Source of the DNA: Nitrospirota bacterium
Lineage (GTDB): Bacteria > Nitrospirota > Thermodesulfovibrionia > Thermodesulfovibrionales > Dissulfurispiraceae
Reading direction: 5' to 3'
Length of the DNA stretch: 64,000 bases
Assembly: GCA_040754455.1 (NCBI GenBank)
Contig: JBFMCP010000002.1
Location: 160,001 to 224,000 of the forward strand
The notes below the pieces were generated by a model, which was not told where the DNA came from, did not search any database, and was given only the letters and a program-made list of their open reading frames with translations. Positions 31,845 to 41,192 of this stretch are shown here, in pieces. Numbering within the stretch: the stretch's first letter is position 1; each line of letters starts with the position of its first letter. The position numbers were made by a program, and so were the translations under genes.

Positions 31845-31860
31845 TGGCATAGTGATTGCA
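31845..31860 (+). promoter_or_regulatory. Sigma-54 promoter for the EPS operon
   Basis: TGGCAT-AGTGA-TTGCA (GG-N10-GC); IHF-like TTTCAA-TGCC-TTG at 31823-31835. Confidence 0.75.
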
Positions 31861-31997
31861 AACTATCCCTCGTAAAAGCTGCATCGCTGCACCGACAGAG
31901 ATGTTACTACATCGTGAATATCCAAAAGCAGTCGAGTGGTATCAGTTACCTGTGCCTGATGTGACTGAAAAGGCGGAGCTATGTGAAAGGGTGAACA

Positions 31998-32495
31998 ATG
32001 ACGAATTGGTATGCTCTCTATGTAAGATCAAAACATGAGTTTGTCACAACAGGTGAGCTGTCGAAAAAAGGGATTGACGTCTATCTGCCCTCCGTACAAA
32101 GATGGCATCAATGGAGAGACAGGAAAAAGCTCGTCAACTCCCCTCTCTTCCCGGGATATCTCTTTGTCAATATCCCTCCCGAGCCTGAGGCGTTCATTAC
32201 CGTGCTCAAGACAAGGGGTGCGGTAACGTTCATAACGCTGGACCATATACAACCTACGCCGATCGCTGCCGCCGAAATAGAGACCTTGAAGCTCCTGACC
32301 CTGAGCGGCGAAGAGATCGATGTCTACCCGCACCTCAAAGAGGGCGGGAGGGTGAGAGTAAAACGAGGGCCTCTTGCAGGTGCCGTTGGAATAATAGCGA
32401 GAAAGGAAGAGCGCTATATGCTTCTGGTTAACGTAACACTGCTGGGAAGGAGTGTCGGGGTCAGGCTCTATCCGGGTGATGTGGAGGTGGACTGA
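31998..32495 (+). CDS. NusG-paralog antiterminator (UpxY/RfaH/LoaP family)
   Basis: WYALYVRSKHE, W.DRKKLV..PLFPGYLFV, KOW motif VRVKRGPLAG. Confidence 0.9.
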   Translation: MTNWYALYVRSKHEFVTTGELSKKGIDVYLPSVQRWHQWRDRKKLVNSPLFPGYLFVNIPPEPEAFITVLKTRGAVTFITLDHIQPTPIAAAEIETLKLLTLSGEEIDVYPHLKEGGRVRVKRGPLAGAVGIIARKEERYMLLVNVTLLGRSVGVRLYPGDVEVD

Positions 32496-32590
32496 TCCAG
32501 GCAGGTGCTGCACTGCAGGCGGCCGTATCACTGTCGCGGGCGGTCCTGCCTGGAGCCGCTCATCGAAAAGCGATCGTAAAAGGAGGAGTT

Positions 32591-33415
32591 ATGAGAGAGA
32601 AGATGGCCATAATAGCATTTGCGTTCATCCTTGTCTTCGCCGCGAGCACTGCCTCGCGGGCGGAGGACTACGTCATCGGCGAGGAGGATGCACTCAATAT
32701 CTCGGTGTGGGGCAGCCCTGAGCTGAGTGTCCATGTGCCGGTAAAGCCCGATGGTATGATATCGGTTCCTCTTGTTGGAGAAATCAAGGCTGCAGGCATG
32801 ACCCCGTCGGAGCTCAAGGCCGTGCTGGAGCAGGAGTTTTCCCGGTTTGCTAAGGCCCCCACCGTAAGCGTGATCGTGACCGAGGTCAACAGTTTTAAAG
32901 TGTACCTGCTGGGCGAAGGTATAACAAGAACTGCGTCCACCGGCGTAATGACCCTGAAAAGAAAGACCACGCTGCTCCAGCTGCTCGCACAGCTCGGCTC
33001 TTTAAAGGGAGCAAATCTCAACGCCGCTTTTATCTTGCGGGAGGGGAAAAAGCTTCCCATCAATTTTTCGACCCTTGTCAATACGGTTGACGTTGCGCAG
33101 GACATCGCGCTGCGGCCGAACGATATCATCGTCATACCCGAAACGGTCGAACAGCGCATAAAGGTCGTCGGCGAAGTCAAAACTCCCGGACTGGTCCCTT
33201 TTGCAGAAGGAATGACAGCGCTCGACGCTGTATTGAGCGCCGGCGGCTTTACCAACTTTGCAAGCCAGAACAGTGTAGTTATCGTTCGGAAAGAGGGGAA
33301 GGAAGTCAGAGAGATCGAGGCCCGGTTAAAGGATGTGATGAAAGGCGGCGACTTGAGCAAGAACGTGCTGTTACGGCCCGGCGACCTTATCACCGTAAAG
33401 TCCAGCATTTTTTAG
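32591..33415 (+). CDS. Polysaccharide biosynthesis/export protein (Wza-like, SLBB domains)
   Basis: YVIGEEDALNISVW, VKPDGMISVPLVGEI, GEVKTPG, AGGFT, LRPGD. Confidence 0.88.
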   Translation: MREKMAIIAFAFILVFAASTASRAEDYVIGEEDALNISVWGSPELSVHVPVKPDGMISVPLVGEIKAAGMTPSELKAVLEQEFSRFAKAPTVSVIVTEVNSFKVYLLGEGITRTASTGVMTLKRKTTLLQLLAQLGSLKGANLNAAFILREGKKLPINFSTLVNTVDVAQDIALRPNDIIVIPETVEQRIKVVGEVKTPGLVPFAEGMTALDAVLSAGGFTNFASQNSVVIVRKEGKEVREIEARLKDVMKGGDLSKNVLLRPGDLITVKSSIF

Positions 33416-33424
33416 GAGCACCTT

Positions 33425-35002
33425 ATGAAAGAAAGCAGACCATCGGATATCGACGTGCAGCGTTACTGGGGGATACTTCAAAGGAGACGGTATCTGGCAC
33501 TTGCCGTCGCCCTCACGGTAATTTCGGTCTTTACGTGGGGGAGCGTGTTCTGGCCGAAGACCTATGAGGCGAGCTCTACCGTTTTCATTGAACGGGGCTC
33601 TCTTGTCAACCCCCTTGCCGGCAGGGAGGGTGCCGGGGCTGGCACGGAAGAGTGGCTCAGGACGCTCGAGGAGCGCATCACCAGCAGGAGCATCATAGAG
33701 CGTGTCATCAAGAAGCTCGGCCTCGATGCGCACGTCACCACGAGAGAGCAGTTTGAAGGGCTTGTCGAGGGGATACGGAGTAAAATTACGGTTACCACCA
33801 AGGCGCCGCGCGGGAGGAGAGGTGAGGTGACCGACCTCTTTTCCATCTCCTACAGCGGTTCAGATCCCGCAACAGTCAGAGATATCGTGAACACTCTGGT
33901 GAGTGAGCATATAGAGCAGAATTTGAATCTGAGACGGTCGGATGCCTACGGAGCGCTTGAATTCATTCAGAGCCAGCTCATGGAGTACAAAGCCAAGCTC
34001 GAGCAGTCCGATAAGGCCATACGGGAGTTCAGAGAGAAAAATCCACAGATGATCCCCCAAAGCGAGACAGCGCTGCTCAACAGGGTAGAAGGATACCAGG
34101 CTGCCAGGATCGAGGCCGAAATAAAGCTGAAAGAGCTTTTGCGGAAAAGAGATACCCTCCAGAAGCAGCTTTCCGGAGAGAAGGAGCTCACCACTGCATT
34201 TGTGGCCAGGGAGGGATCACCGCAGTCGCGGTTGAGCTATTTGAACAACCAGCTCGCTTTATTGATGCCCAAATTCACCGACCAGCACCCTGAGATCCGA
34301 AAAGTGAAGAGCGAGATCGAGGAGTTGAAAAAACAGATTGATCAATCAAAGGATGCCCCCCAGGGGATCTCCGGGTCCGAGACCGCCTCCATTAATCCTC
34401 TCTACCAGCAACTGAAAGAGGAGTTGGCGAAGACGGATGCTGAAATAGAATCTCTCAAGGCGCGGTCGTTGGAGCTCCTCAGACAGCAGCAGCAGGCGCA
34501 GGGCGTCCTGGGCCGCATGCCCAAGGAACAGGAGGAATGGGCGAGACTGCAGCGGGACAGGAATGTCTACCAGCAGATCTATGATGAATTACTGCAAAAA
34601 TACGAGAGTGCACGGGTCACGAAGAACCTCGAGTTGACCGATAAGACGGTCATGTTCAACGTCGTCGATCCCGCCCCCCTCCCACAGTACCCCGTGAAGC
34701 CGAACAGGCTGATGCTGATCGTGGTGGGGATCGTGCTCGGCATCGTTTCGGGTGTCGCGGCGGCGATCGTGCTCGAAAATATAAACCATACGTATAAGGA
34801 TGAAGAGTCCATCGAGAAGAGCCTCAAGATCCCTGTCCTGGCTTCGATCCCCCAAATCATCACCGAGTCGGACGTGCGTGCTGAACGGCAGCGTGACAGA
34901 AAGGTGTTTGCCTTTGCCGGCGCTTATCTCATTGTTATAGGACTGGTATTGCTGGAAGAGCTGCTCTACCGGAGCACGGGAGCACGGGTTATCCATTTTT
35001 AG
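33425..35002 (+). CDS. Polysaccharide chain-length determinant (Wzz/Wzc N-terminal, XrtA-system type)
   Basis: Two flanking TM regions, coiled coil, FTDQHPEI, VVDPAPLP..PVKPNR. Confidence 0.88.
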   Translation: MKESRPSDIDVQRYWGILQRRRYLALAVALTVISVFTWGSVFWPKTYEASSTVFIERGSLVNPLAGREGAGAGTEEWLRTLEERITSRSIIERVIKKLGLDAHVTTREQFEGLVEGIRSKITVTTKAPRGRRGEVTDLFSISYSGSDPATVRDIVNTLVSEHIEQNLNLRRSDAYGALEFIQSQLMEYKAKLEQSDKAIREFREKNPQMIPQSETALLNRVEGYQAARIEAEIKLKELLRKRDTLQKQLSGEKELTTAFVAREGSPQSRLSYLNNQLALLMPKFTDQHPEIRKVKSEIEELKKQIDQSKDAPQGISGSETASINPLYQQLKEELAKTDAEIESLKARSLELLRQQQQAQGVLGRMPKEQEEWARLQRDRNVYQQIYDELLQKYESARVTKNLELTDKTVMFNVVDPAPLPQYPVKPNRLMLIVVGIVLGIVSGVAAAIVLENINHTYKDEESIEKSLKIPVLASIPQIITESDVRAERQRDRKVFAFAGAYLIVIGLVLLEELLYRSTGARVIHF

Positions 35003-35014
35003 GAGGGCAATGAC

Positions 35015-35890
35015 ATGAGCAAGAGAGAGCTGGCATTGGAAGAGGCGGTAAAGCTGCGAAAGACAAAAGCGGTCGTTCCGAAGCCCTTCACCGGGGGCGC
35101 GGTCCGACAGGATGCCACGCATCGTTTTGCGCCAGGCGAGCCGGCAGTGGATCCCCTCGGCGTTGCCACGCACATTGTGTGTATCAAAGAGCCTGATTCT
35201 TTTATTGCCGAGCAGTATAAGCGTATCCGTGCGAGGATCCTCAGGTCGCCTGCAAAGGAGATCCCCACTACTATTATGATCACCAGCCCGGATACGGGGG
35301 AAGGGAAAACGGTTACCGCGGTCAACCTCGCCGTGACCATGGCGAAAGAGATCGATCATACCGTGCTCCTTGTCGATGCCGACCTGAGGAACCCTTCAAT
35401 ACATAAGTATCTCGGTATCAAACCCCGGTGCGGGCTCGGCGATTACCTCACCGGCAGCGTCGCGCTCTCCGATGCGTTGATCAAGACCGGCATCGGAAAG
35501 CTTACGGTGCTTCCCGCCGGAAATCCCCCTGAAAACCCGGCTGAGCTGCTCGCTTCGGGACGGATGAGAACGTTGATCCAGGAGATGAAGCAGAGATACA
35601 GGGATCGTTTTGTTCTCTTCGACCTGCCGCCGATCCTTACCACTGCGGAGCCCCTCTCATTGGGAAACTGTGTTGACGGCGTTATTATGGTGACACAAGC
35701 GGCGCGCACCTCGCCGAAGGCTGCGGCAAAAGCGCTCTCTCTTATGAAGGGATTTAATATCCTCGGAGTGGTATTCAACAGCGTCCCGCCTTACCTCTCG
35801 GCGAGCACCTACCCCTACCGTCCCTATCCGTACACGCGGCAGAAAGGTGGTGCGGACAGCCCCAAAAAGGCGGGGAACGGAAAGAGTTAG
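35015..35890 (+). CDS. BY-kinase / tyrosine autokinase (CpsD/Wzc C-terminal)
   Basis: ITSPDTGEGKT, LLVDADLR, FDLPP, C-terminal Tyr cluster YPYRPYPY. Confidence 0.9.
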   Translation: MSKRELALEEAVKLRKTKAVVPKPFTGGAVRQDATHRFAPGEPAVDPLGVATHIVCIKEPDSFIAEQYKRIRARILRSPAKEIPTTIMITSPDTGEGKTVTAVNLAVTMAKEIDHTVLLVDADLRNPSIHKYLGIKPRCGLGDYLTGSVALSDALIKTGIGKLTVLPAGNPPENPAELLASGRMRTLIQEMKQRYRDRFVLFDLPPILTTAEPLSLGNCVDGVIMVTQAARTSPKAAAKALSLMKGFNILGVVFNSVPPYLSASTYPYRPYPYTRQKGGADSPKKAGNGKS

Positions 35891-35922
35891 ATCGCATCGT
35901 TATTCATCCGAAAGGCGGAGCC

Positions 35923-37128
35923 ATGTATACCACTTTTTTTAATCTTACCTGTAAGCCTTTTCAGCTCACCCCTGATCCCGAATTCCTCTTCATGAGCAAG
36001 GGGCATAAGAAGGCCCTCAACTATCTTACCTATGGCATTAGCGACAGCAACACGGGATTCATTCTGGTTACCGGCGAGGTGGGGACCGGAAAAACCACCC
36101 TCCTCAGACAGTTGATCAATGAGGTGAGGGGAGAAGAGGTGAAGTTTGCACGTATCGACAATACGAAGGTGACTTCAGAGCAGCTGATGGCGATGATCAA
36201 CGAAGACTTCGGTCTCGATGCGAAGGGAAAGAACAAAACGCAGCTGCTCAGCGAGCTTACCGACTTCCTCATACAGGAGTTTGGAAGGGGGAAGCGGCCC
36301 ATGATGATCATCGACGAGGCGCAGAATCTCTCACCCGATATGCTTGAAGAGGTGCGGCTTCTGTCGAACCTCGAAACCGATAAGGCAAAGCTGCTCCAGA
36401 TACTCCTCGTCGGGCAGCCTGAGCTGAGAAAAACCCTTGCGCTGCCGGAGCTCAGGCAGCTGCGGCAGCGCATCACCATAAGCTGCCATCTCCTGCCGCT
36501 GACCAGGGAAGAGACTGAGGCGTACATCTTCCACCGGCTGGAGGTCGCCGGCAACCGGCAGGCGCTCAGTTTCGATGAGGGGGTCATCGAGCGCATTCAT
36601 GCCTTCAGCAAGGGAACACCCCGGCTCATCAATATTATTTGCGATTTTATCATGCTCTCGGCCTTCATAGAGAAGACCACCACCGTCTCGACCAGCCTCG
36701 TGCAAGAGCTCATCGGACAGATCGAGTCTGAAAACCGGTATTGGCAGGATACGCCCTCCCCGGCGCATGCGCCGGGCAGTCCCGATGCTGCGCATGAGAT
36801 ACTGCACCGCCTCGATCGGCTTGAAGTAGTCCTGTACAAATGGGAGTCCCTTAAGGCCGAGCAGAAACAGATACTCGAAAAGCTTTCCGAAAAAGAAAAG
36901 CAGCTCAACGACAGAATCGATGCATGCAGGGCAGAGCTGTTGCATCTGAATGCGAACACCGGCGGCAACCGCTTGGACAGTATTTTTCAGGAGATCGAAA
37001 TGCTCAAAGAGAGGATCGACGGGCTCGAGAATAAAGAACCCCGCATTTCACAAGGGAACGGCAGGAAGAGGAATTGGTGGGAACGGGTGTTCGGCAGAGA
37101 GGCCGGCATCTCCATGAGGGTGTTCTAA
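35923..37128 (+). CDS. ExeA-like AAA ATPase (PEP-CTERM/XrtA-system associated type)
   Basis: PFQLTPDPEF, TGEVGTGKTT, IDEAQNL, VGQPEL, G.PRLINIICD. Confidence 0.88.
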   Translation: MYTTFFNLTCKPFQLTPDPEFLFMSKGHKKALNYLTYGISDSNTGFILVTGEVGTGKTTLLRQLINEVRGEEVKFARIDNTKVTSEQLMAMINEDFGLDAKGKNKTQLLSELTDFLIQEFGRGKRPMMIIDEAQNLSPDMLEEVRLLSNLETDKAKLLQILLVGQPELRKTLALPELRQLRQRITISCHLLPLTREETEAYIFHRLEVAGNRQALSFDEGVIERIHAFSKGTPRLINIICDFIMLSAFIEKTTTVSTSLVQELIGQIESENRYWQDTPSPAHAPGSPDAAHEILHRLDRLEVVLYKWESLKAEQKQILEKLSEKEKQLNDRIDACRAELLHLNANTGGNRLDSIFQEIEMLKERIDGLENKEPRISQGNGRKRNWWERVFGREAGISMRVF

Positions 37129-37143
37129 TGCCAACGTGGCGGT

Positions 37144-38331
37144 TTGTGTAGAGAGGACATCATCGTGATACTTCCGAAGGTACTGCGTAAATTGCACGCC
37201 CGAAAAAGCACGGAGCACCGGCGTGCTCCCCTGTACTCCCTTTACGGCAGCGAGGGGGGCCTTTACCGTGAAGAATACTTTAATGATGTGCTGTACTTTG
37301 AGCGGAAGAGGACGGAGCGGTCGGGGAAACCTTTTCTCCTTATGCTTGTACATATCGAAGATCTCGTGCGCCATGGTCAGCGTGAAGAGACGATGAAAAA
37401 AATAATCTCCGCGCTCTTCTCCTCAACCAGGGAAATCGATATAAAAGGCTGGGTCAAATACGATGCGGTAATCGGGGTCATCTACCCGGAGATGTGCAGC
37501 ATCCATAAGGAAACGGTACAGAAGAAGGTTGCCGCACAGCTCGAGGCGGCTTTCGGCGCGCCGCTGGTGCGGGCGGTGAAGATCGTCTGTTATCTTTTCC
37601 CTGAAGAGAACGGACGGCAATTGGACGAGGAGTGCGGGCATCTTTTCTATCCCGACCGGACCATGCCGGACCGTGCAGGAAAGAGGGCGCTCTATGTGAA
37701 GCGAATGCTCGACATCGCCGGCAGCGTGGTGATGCTCGTCATTGCCTCGCCCTTGCTGCTCATCATCGCGCTTGCGGTAAAATTCTCCTCCGAGGGGCCT
37801 GTGCTCTTCAAACAGCAGAGGGTCGGACAGTTCGGGAAGCCGTTTACCTTTCTGAAATTCAGGACCATGGTAGCCAATAACGACCCGACTGTTCATAAAG
37901 AGTATATAAAGAAGTTTATTCTCGAACAGAGGAGCTACCGTACGGAAAGGGGAGGCGACGACGAGGAAGAGAAAATCTATAAAATCAAGGATGACCCAAG
38001 GGTGACGCCGCTGGGAAGATTCCTCAGGAAGACGAGCCTCGACGAGCTCCCCCAGTTTATAAATGTGTTGCGAGGGGAGATGTCCCTTGTCGGGCCGCGC
38101 CCGCCGATACCATATGAGCTGGAGAATTATGCTGTCTGGCATAAGCGGCGCATTATGGAGGTCAAGCCGGGCATCACCGGGCTCTGGCAGGTCAGGGGAA
38201 GGAGCAGGACCACGTTTGATGAAATGGTTCGCATGGATCTCAAATACATTCGTGAATGGTCTTTTATGACGGATATCAAGCTGCTGCTGCAAACGCCCTG
38301 GGCTGTCCTGAGGGGCAAGGGTTCCTACTGA
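37144..38331 (+). CDS. Priming sugar transferase (Bac_transf) with an N-terminal degenerate GGDEF-like domain; start uncertain
   Basis: KRMLDI, KFRTM, DDPRVT, RKTSLDELPQ, MSLVGPRP, KPGITGLWQV. Confidence 0.88.
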   Translation: MCREDIIVILPKVLRKLHARKSTEHRRAPLYSLYGSEGGLYREEYFNDVLYFERKRTERSGKPFLLMLVHIEDLVRHGQREETMKKIISALFSSTREIDIKGWVKYDAVIGVIYPEMCSIHKETVQKKVAAQLEAAFGAPLVRAVKIVCYLFPEENGRQLDEECGHLFYPDRTMPDRAGKRALYVKRMLDIAGSVVMLVIASPLLLIIALAVKFSSEGPVLFKQQRVGQFGKPFTFLKFRTMVANNDPTVHKEYIKKFILEQRSYRTERGGDDEEEKIYKIKDDPRVTPLGRFLRKTSLDELPQFINVLRGEMSLVGPRPPIPYELENYAVWHKRRIMEVKPGITGLWQVRGRSRTTFDEMVRMDLKYIREWSFMTDIKLLLQTPWAVLRGKGSY

Positions 38332-38339
38332 CCCGAGGC

Positions 38340-38423
38340 AAATTCGAAATCCTGATGTCTAAACCATCAACAAAGGAATTCTCTCCATCCATTTAAAATT
38401 TCGTGATTAGGATTTAGGATTTT
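38340..38423. repeat. Inverted heptamer array (AAATCCT type)
   Basis: aaattcg-aaatcct-gatgtct-aaa ... atttaaa-atttcgt-gattagg-atttagg-atttt. Confidence 0.65.
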
Positions 38424-38476
38424 CACCTCTGTGATTAACTTTTTAACACTACGGTCTGTACCGAAGGGGGCTCTAT

Positions 38477-39478
38477 ATGATTAACATCGGCGTTATCGGG
38501 TACGGGTATTGGGGGCCGAATATCGTGAGGAATTTCAACGGCGTCGACAGCCTGAGGGTTGCCGCGATTTGTGATGTCAACCAGGACGCGCTCGCGCGCG
38601 CCCGGAAGAGCTATCCCGACATCGGCGTCACCACCGACAGCGACGATATCGTGACCTCATCCGCTATTGATGCCGTTGCCATTGTCACGCCGGTATCGTA
38701 CCACTTTGAGCTCGCCAAAAAAGCGCTGCAGCAGGGAAAGCACATATTCATCGAAAAACCCTTTACCGCCACGGTCGCCCAGGCCGAAGAGCTCATCGAC
38801 ATCGCCGAGAAAAAGAGCCTTACGATCATGGTCGATCACACCTTTATCTTTACGGGTGCGGTGCGGAGAATGAAGCAGATCATCGATGACGGCGTACTCG
38901 GGAAGCTCTACTACTACGATTCGATCAGAGTGAATTTGGGACTCATTCAGGGTGACATCAATGTCGTCTGGGATCTTGCTCCTCATGATTTTGCGATCAT
39001 GGACTACCTTATCAAGGATAAACCACTTGCCATCGCCTCATGCGGAAAGGCACATGTGAACGGTCATGAGGACGTGTCGTATATCACGGTCTATTTCGAG
39101 AACAATATGATCGGACATTTTAACGTGAATTGGCTTTCGCCGGTAAAGGTGAGGACCACGCTGGTGGGCGGCGAAAAGAAGATGCTCGTCTGGAACGATC
39201 TTGAGGCGGACGAGAAGATAAAGATTTACGACAAAGGAGTTGAAGTGAAGAATGCCGAAGGGCTCTACAGCCTGCTCGTGAGCTATCGGTCAGGTGATAT
39301 GTGGTCCCCGAAGGTGGAGCAGACCGAGGCGTTGCGGTTGGAGTCGGAGTATTTCGCCCGCTGCATCGAAACGGGTGAGCGGCCGATCAACGACGGCTAT
39401 GCTGGCCTGCGAGTCGTAAAAATGCTCGAGGCCTGTAACCGGTCGCTCCACGACCACGGGAGGATGGTGAGCTTATGA
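38477..39478 (+). CDS. Gfo/Idh/MocA oxidoreductase (nucleotide-sugar 3-dehydrogenase-like)
   Basis: GYGYWG, IEKP, WDLAPHD. Confidence 0.88.
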   Translation: MINIGVIGYGYWGPNIVRNFNGVDSLRVAAICDVNQDALARARKSYPDIGVTTDSDDIVTSSAIDAVAIVTPVSYHFELAKKALQQGKHIFIEKPFTATVAQAEELIDIAEKKSLTIMVDHTFIFTGAVRRMKQIIDDGVLGKLYYYDSIRVNLGLIQGDINVVWDLAPHDFAIMDYLIKDKPLAIASCGKAHVNGHEDVSYITVYFENNMIGHFNVNWLSPVKVRTTLVGGEKKMLVWNDLEADEKIKIYDKGVEVKNAEGLYSLLVSYRSGDMWSPKVEQTEALRLESEYFARCIETGERPINDGYAGLRVVKMLEACNRSLHDHGRMVSL

Positions 39479-39957
39479 AGTATCAGTCCGTCGCCGAGAA
39501 CGTCAGGCTCGGAAAGAATGTAAAACTCGGAGATTTCATCAATCTCTACGGCTGCTCGATCGGCGACAATACCAAAATCGGAACATTTGTCGAGATCCAG
39601 AAAAACGCGTGCGTGGGGAGGAACTGTAAGATTCAGAGCCACACCTTTATTTGTGAAGGAGTGACGATTGAGGACGATGTATTTATAGGGCATAGTGTCA
39701 CGTTCATCAACGATAAGTACCCGCGGGCGACCAATGCCGACGGCACACTGCAGACCGAAAAGGACTGGAAGGTGGAGCCGACGGTTGTTAAAAAAGGAGC
39801 ATCGATCGGTTCGGGGGCGACTATTCTCTGTAATGTGACAATAGGAGAGAATGCAATCATCGGCGCAGGCAGCGTGGTCACCAGGGATGTGCAGCCCAAC
39901 GCTGTCGTGGCGGGCAACCCGGCAAAAACAATAAAGGAGAACAGCAATGACCGATAA
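39475..39957 (+). CDS. Hexapeptide N-acetyltransferase (WbpD/FdtC-like)
   Basis: Left-handed beta-helix repeats, FINDKYPR, GAGSVVT, GNPA. Confidence 0.88.
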   Translation: MKYQSVAENVRLGKNVKLGDFINLYGCSIGDNTKIGTFVEIQKNACVGRNCKIQSHTFICEGVTIEDDVFIGHSVTFINDKYPRATNADGTLQTEKDWKVEPTVVKKGASIGSGATILCNVTIGENAIIGAGSVVTRDVQPNAVVAGNPAKTIKENSNDR

Positions 39958-41173
39958 CGGCAAAATACCTTTTCTCGACCTTACCTTCCTTCATAAGAGA
40001 CTCGAACAGGAACTCACCACGGTATTCAGGGATGCCTTGCAGTCGGGCATGTTCATCGGGGGGCCGATGGTCGAACAGTTTGAGCGTGAATTCGCCTCGT
40101 TTTGCGGAACGTCGTATTGCATCGGCGTGAACAGCGGCACCGATGCACTGCGCTTCGCTCTGGTTGCAGCGGGGGTGAAGCAAGGAGACATCGTCATTAC
40201 TGTGCCGAACACCTTCATTGCTACCACCGAGGCCATTTCCCAGGCCGGTGCGGTGATCGAATTCATTGATGTCGATGAACATACGTACAATCTTGATTGC
40301 GAAAAGCTCAGGGAATATCTGGAGACGCAGTGTTATCAGGACGACACCACCGGGAGGCCCGTACACATCACTTCAAAAAGAACGGTAAGCGCCATACTCC
40401 CCGTTCACTTGTACGGACAGATGGCGGACATGGACCCTATCATGGAGCTTGCAGGCCGTTATCACCTCCCGGTCATCGAAGATGCCTGTCAGGCGCATGG
40501 GGCCGGCTATTTCTCCCGGAAGGAAGACTGCTGGAAGAAGGCGGGCTCGATAGGGCTTGCCGGCGCTTTCAGCTTCTATCCCGGGAAGAACCTGGGGGCG
40601 TGCGGTGAGGGCGGGGCGGTCACCACCAATAACGAAGAGATCGCCATTATCATAAGGATGCTCCGCGACCATGGGCAAAAGAAGAAGTACTATCATGAAA
40701 TTGAAGGGTATAACGGAAGGCTTGACGCGATACAGGCCGGAATTCTCCAGGTCAAGCTCAGATATCTGGCCGAGTGGAATGAAAGTCGCCGGTTGTGCGC
40801 AGCCCGCTACCGGGAATATCTCGCGCCTGTCGAGGATCTGATTCTCCCCCTCGTCCCCGTATGGGCCCGGCACGTCTTCCACCTCTATATTATCCGTACT
40901 CCTCTGAGGGACGACTTGCGGGCGTTTCTCGCGGGACATCAGATCGATACGGGACTCCATTATCCCGTCCCTCTCCACCTCCAGAAGGCCTATCAGCATC
41001 TGGGGTACAAAAAAGGCGATTACCCCGTCGCCGAACGGCTTGCGTCGGAAATCCTCTCGTTACCTATGTACCCGGGTCTTATGGACTATCAGCAGCGACG
41101 CGTCGCTGAAAAGATCGCCGAGGCCAAGAGTATTCAGCAACATGCTGCGAAGCAGCTTACTTCGGCAGCATAA
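39947..41173 (+). CDS. DegT/DnrJ/EryC1 PLP aminotransferase
   Basis: NSGTDAL, PVHLYGQ, EDACQAHGA, SFYPGKNLGACGEGG. Confidence 0.93.
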   Translation: MTDNGKIPFLDLTFLHKRLEQELTTVFRDALQSGMFIGGPMVEQFEREFASFCGTSYCIGVNSGTDALRFALVAAGVKQGDIVITVPNTFIATTEAISQAGAVIEFIDVDEHTYNLDCEKLREYLETQCYQDDTTGRPVHITSKRTVSAILPVHLYGQMADMDPIMELAGRYHLPVIEDACQAHGAGYFSRKEDCWKKAGSIGLAGAFSFYPGKNLGACGEGGAVTTNNEEIAIIIRMLRDHGQKKKYYHEIEGYNGRLDAIQAGILQVKLRYLAEWNESRRLCAARYREYLAPVEDLILPLVPVWARHVFHLYIIRTPLRDDLRAFLAGHQIDTGLHYPVPLHLQKAYQHLGYKKGDYPVAERLASEILSLPMYPGLMDYQQRRVAEKIAEAKSIQQHAAKQLTSAA

Positions 41174-41192
41174 ACGCTGCACTCCCGGGAAT

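Noticed and set aside
31972..31985. ops/JUMPstart-like element (ggcggagctatgtg) before the NusG paralog
   Set aside because: Only a partial match to GGCGGTAGnnTG; too weak to call.
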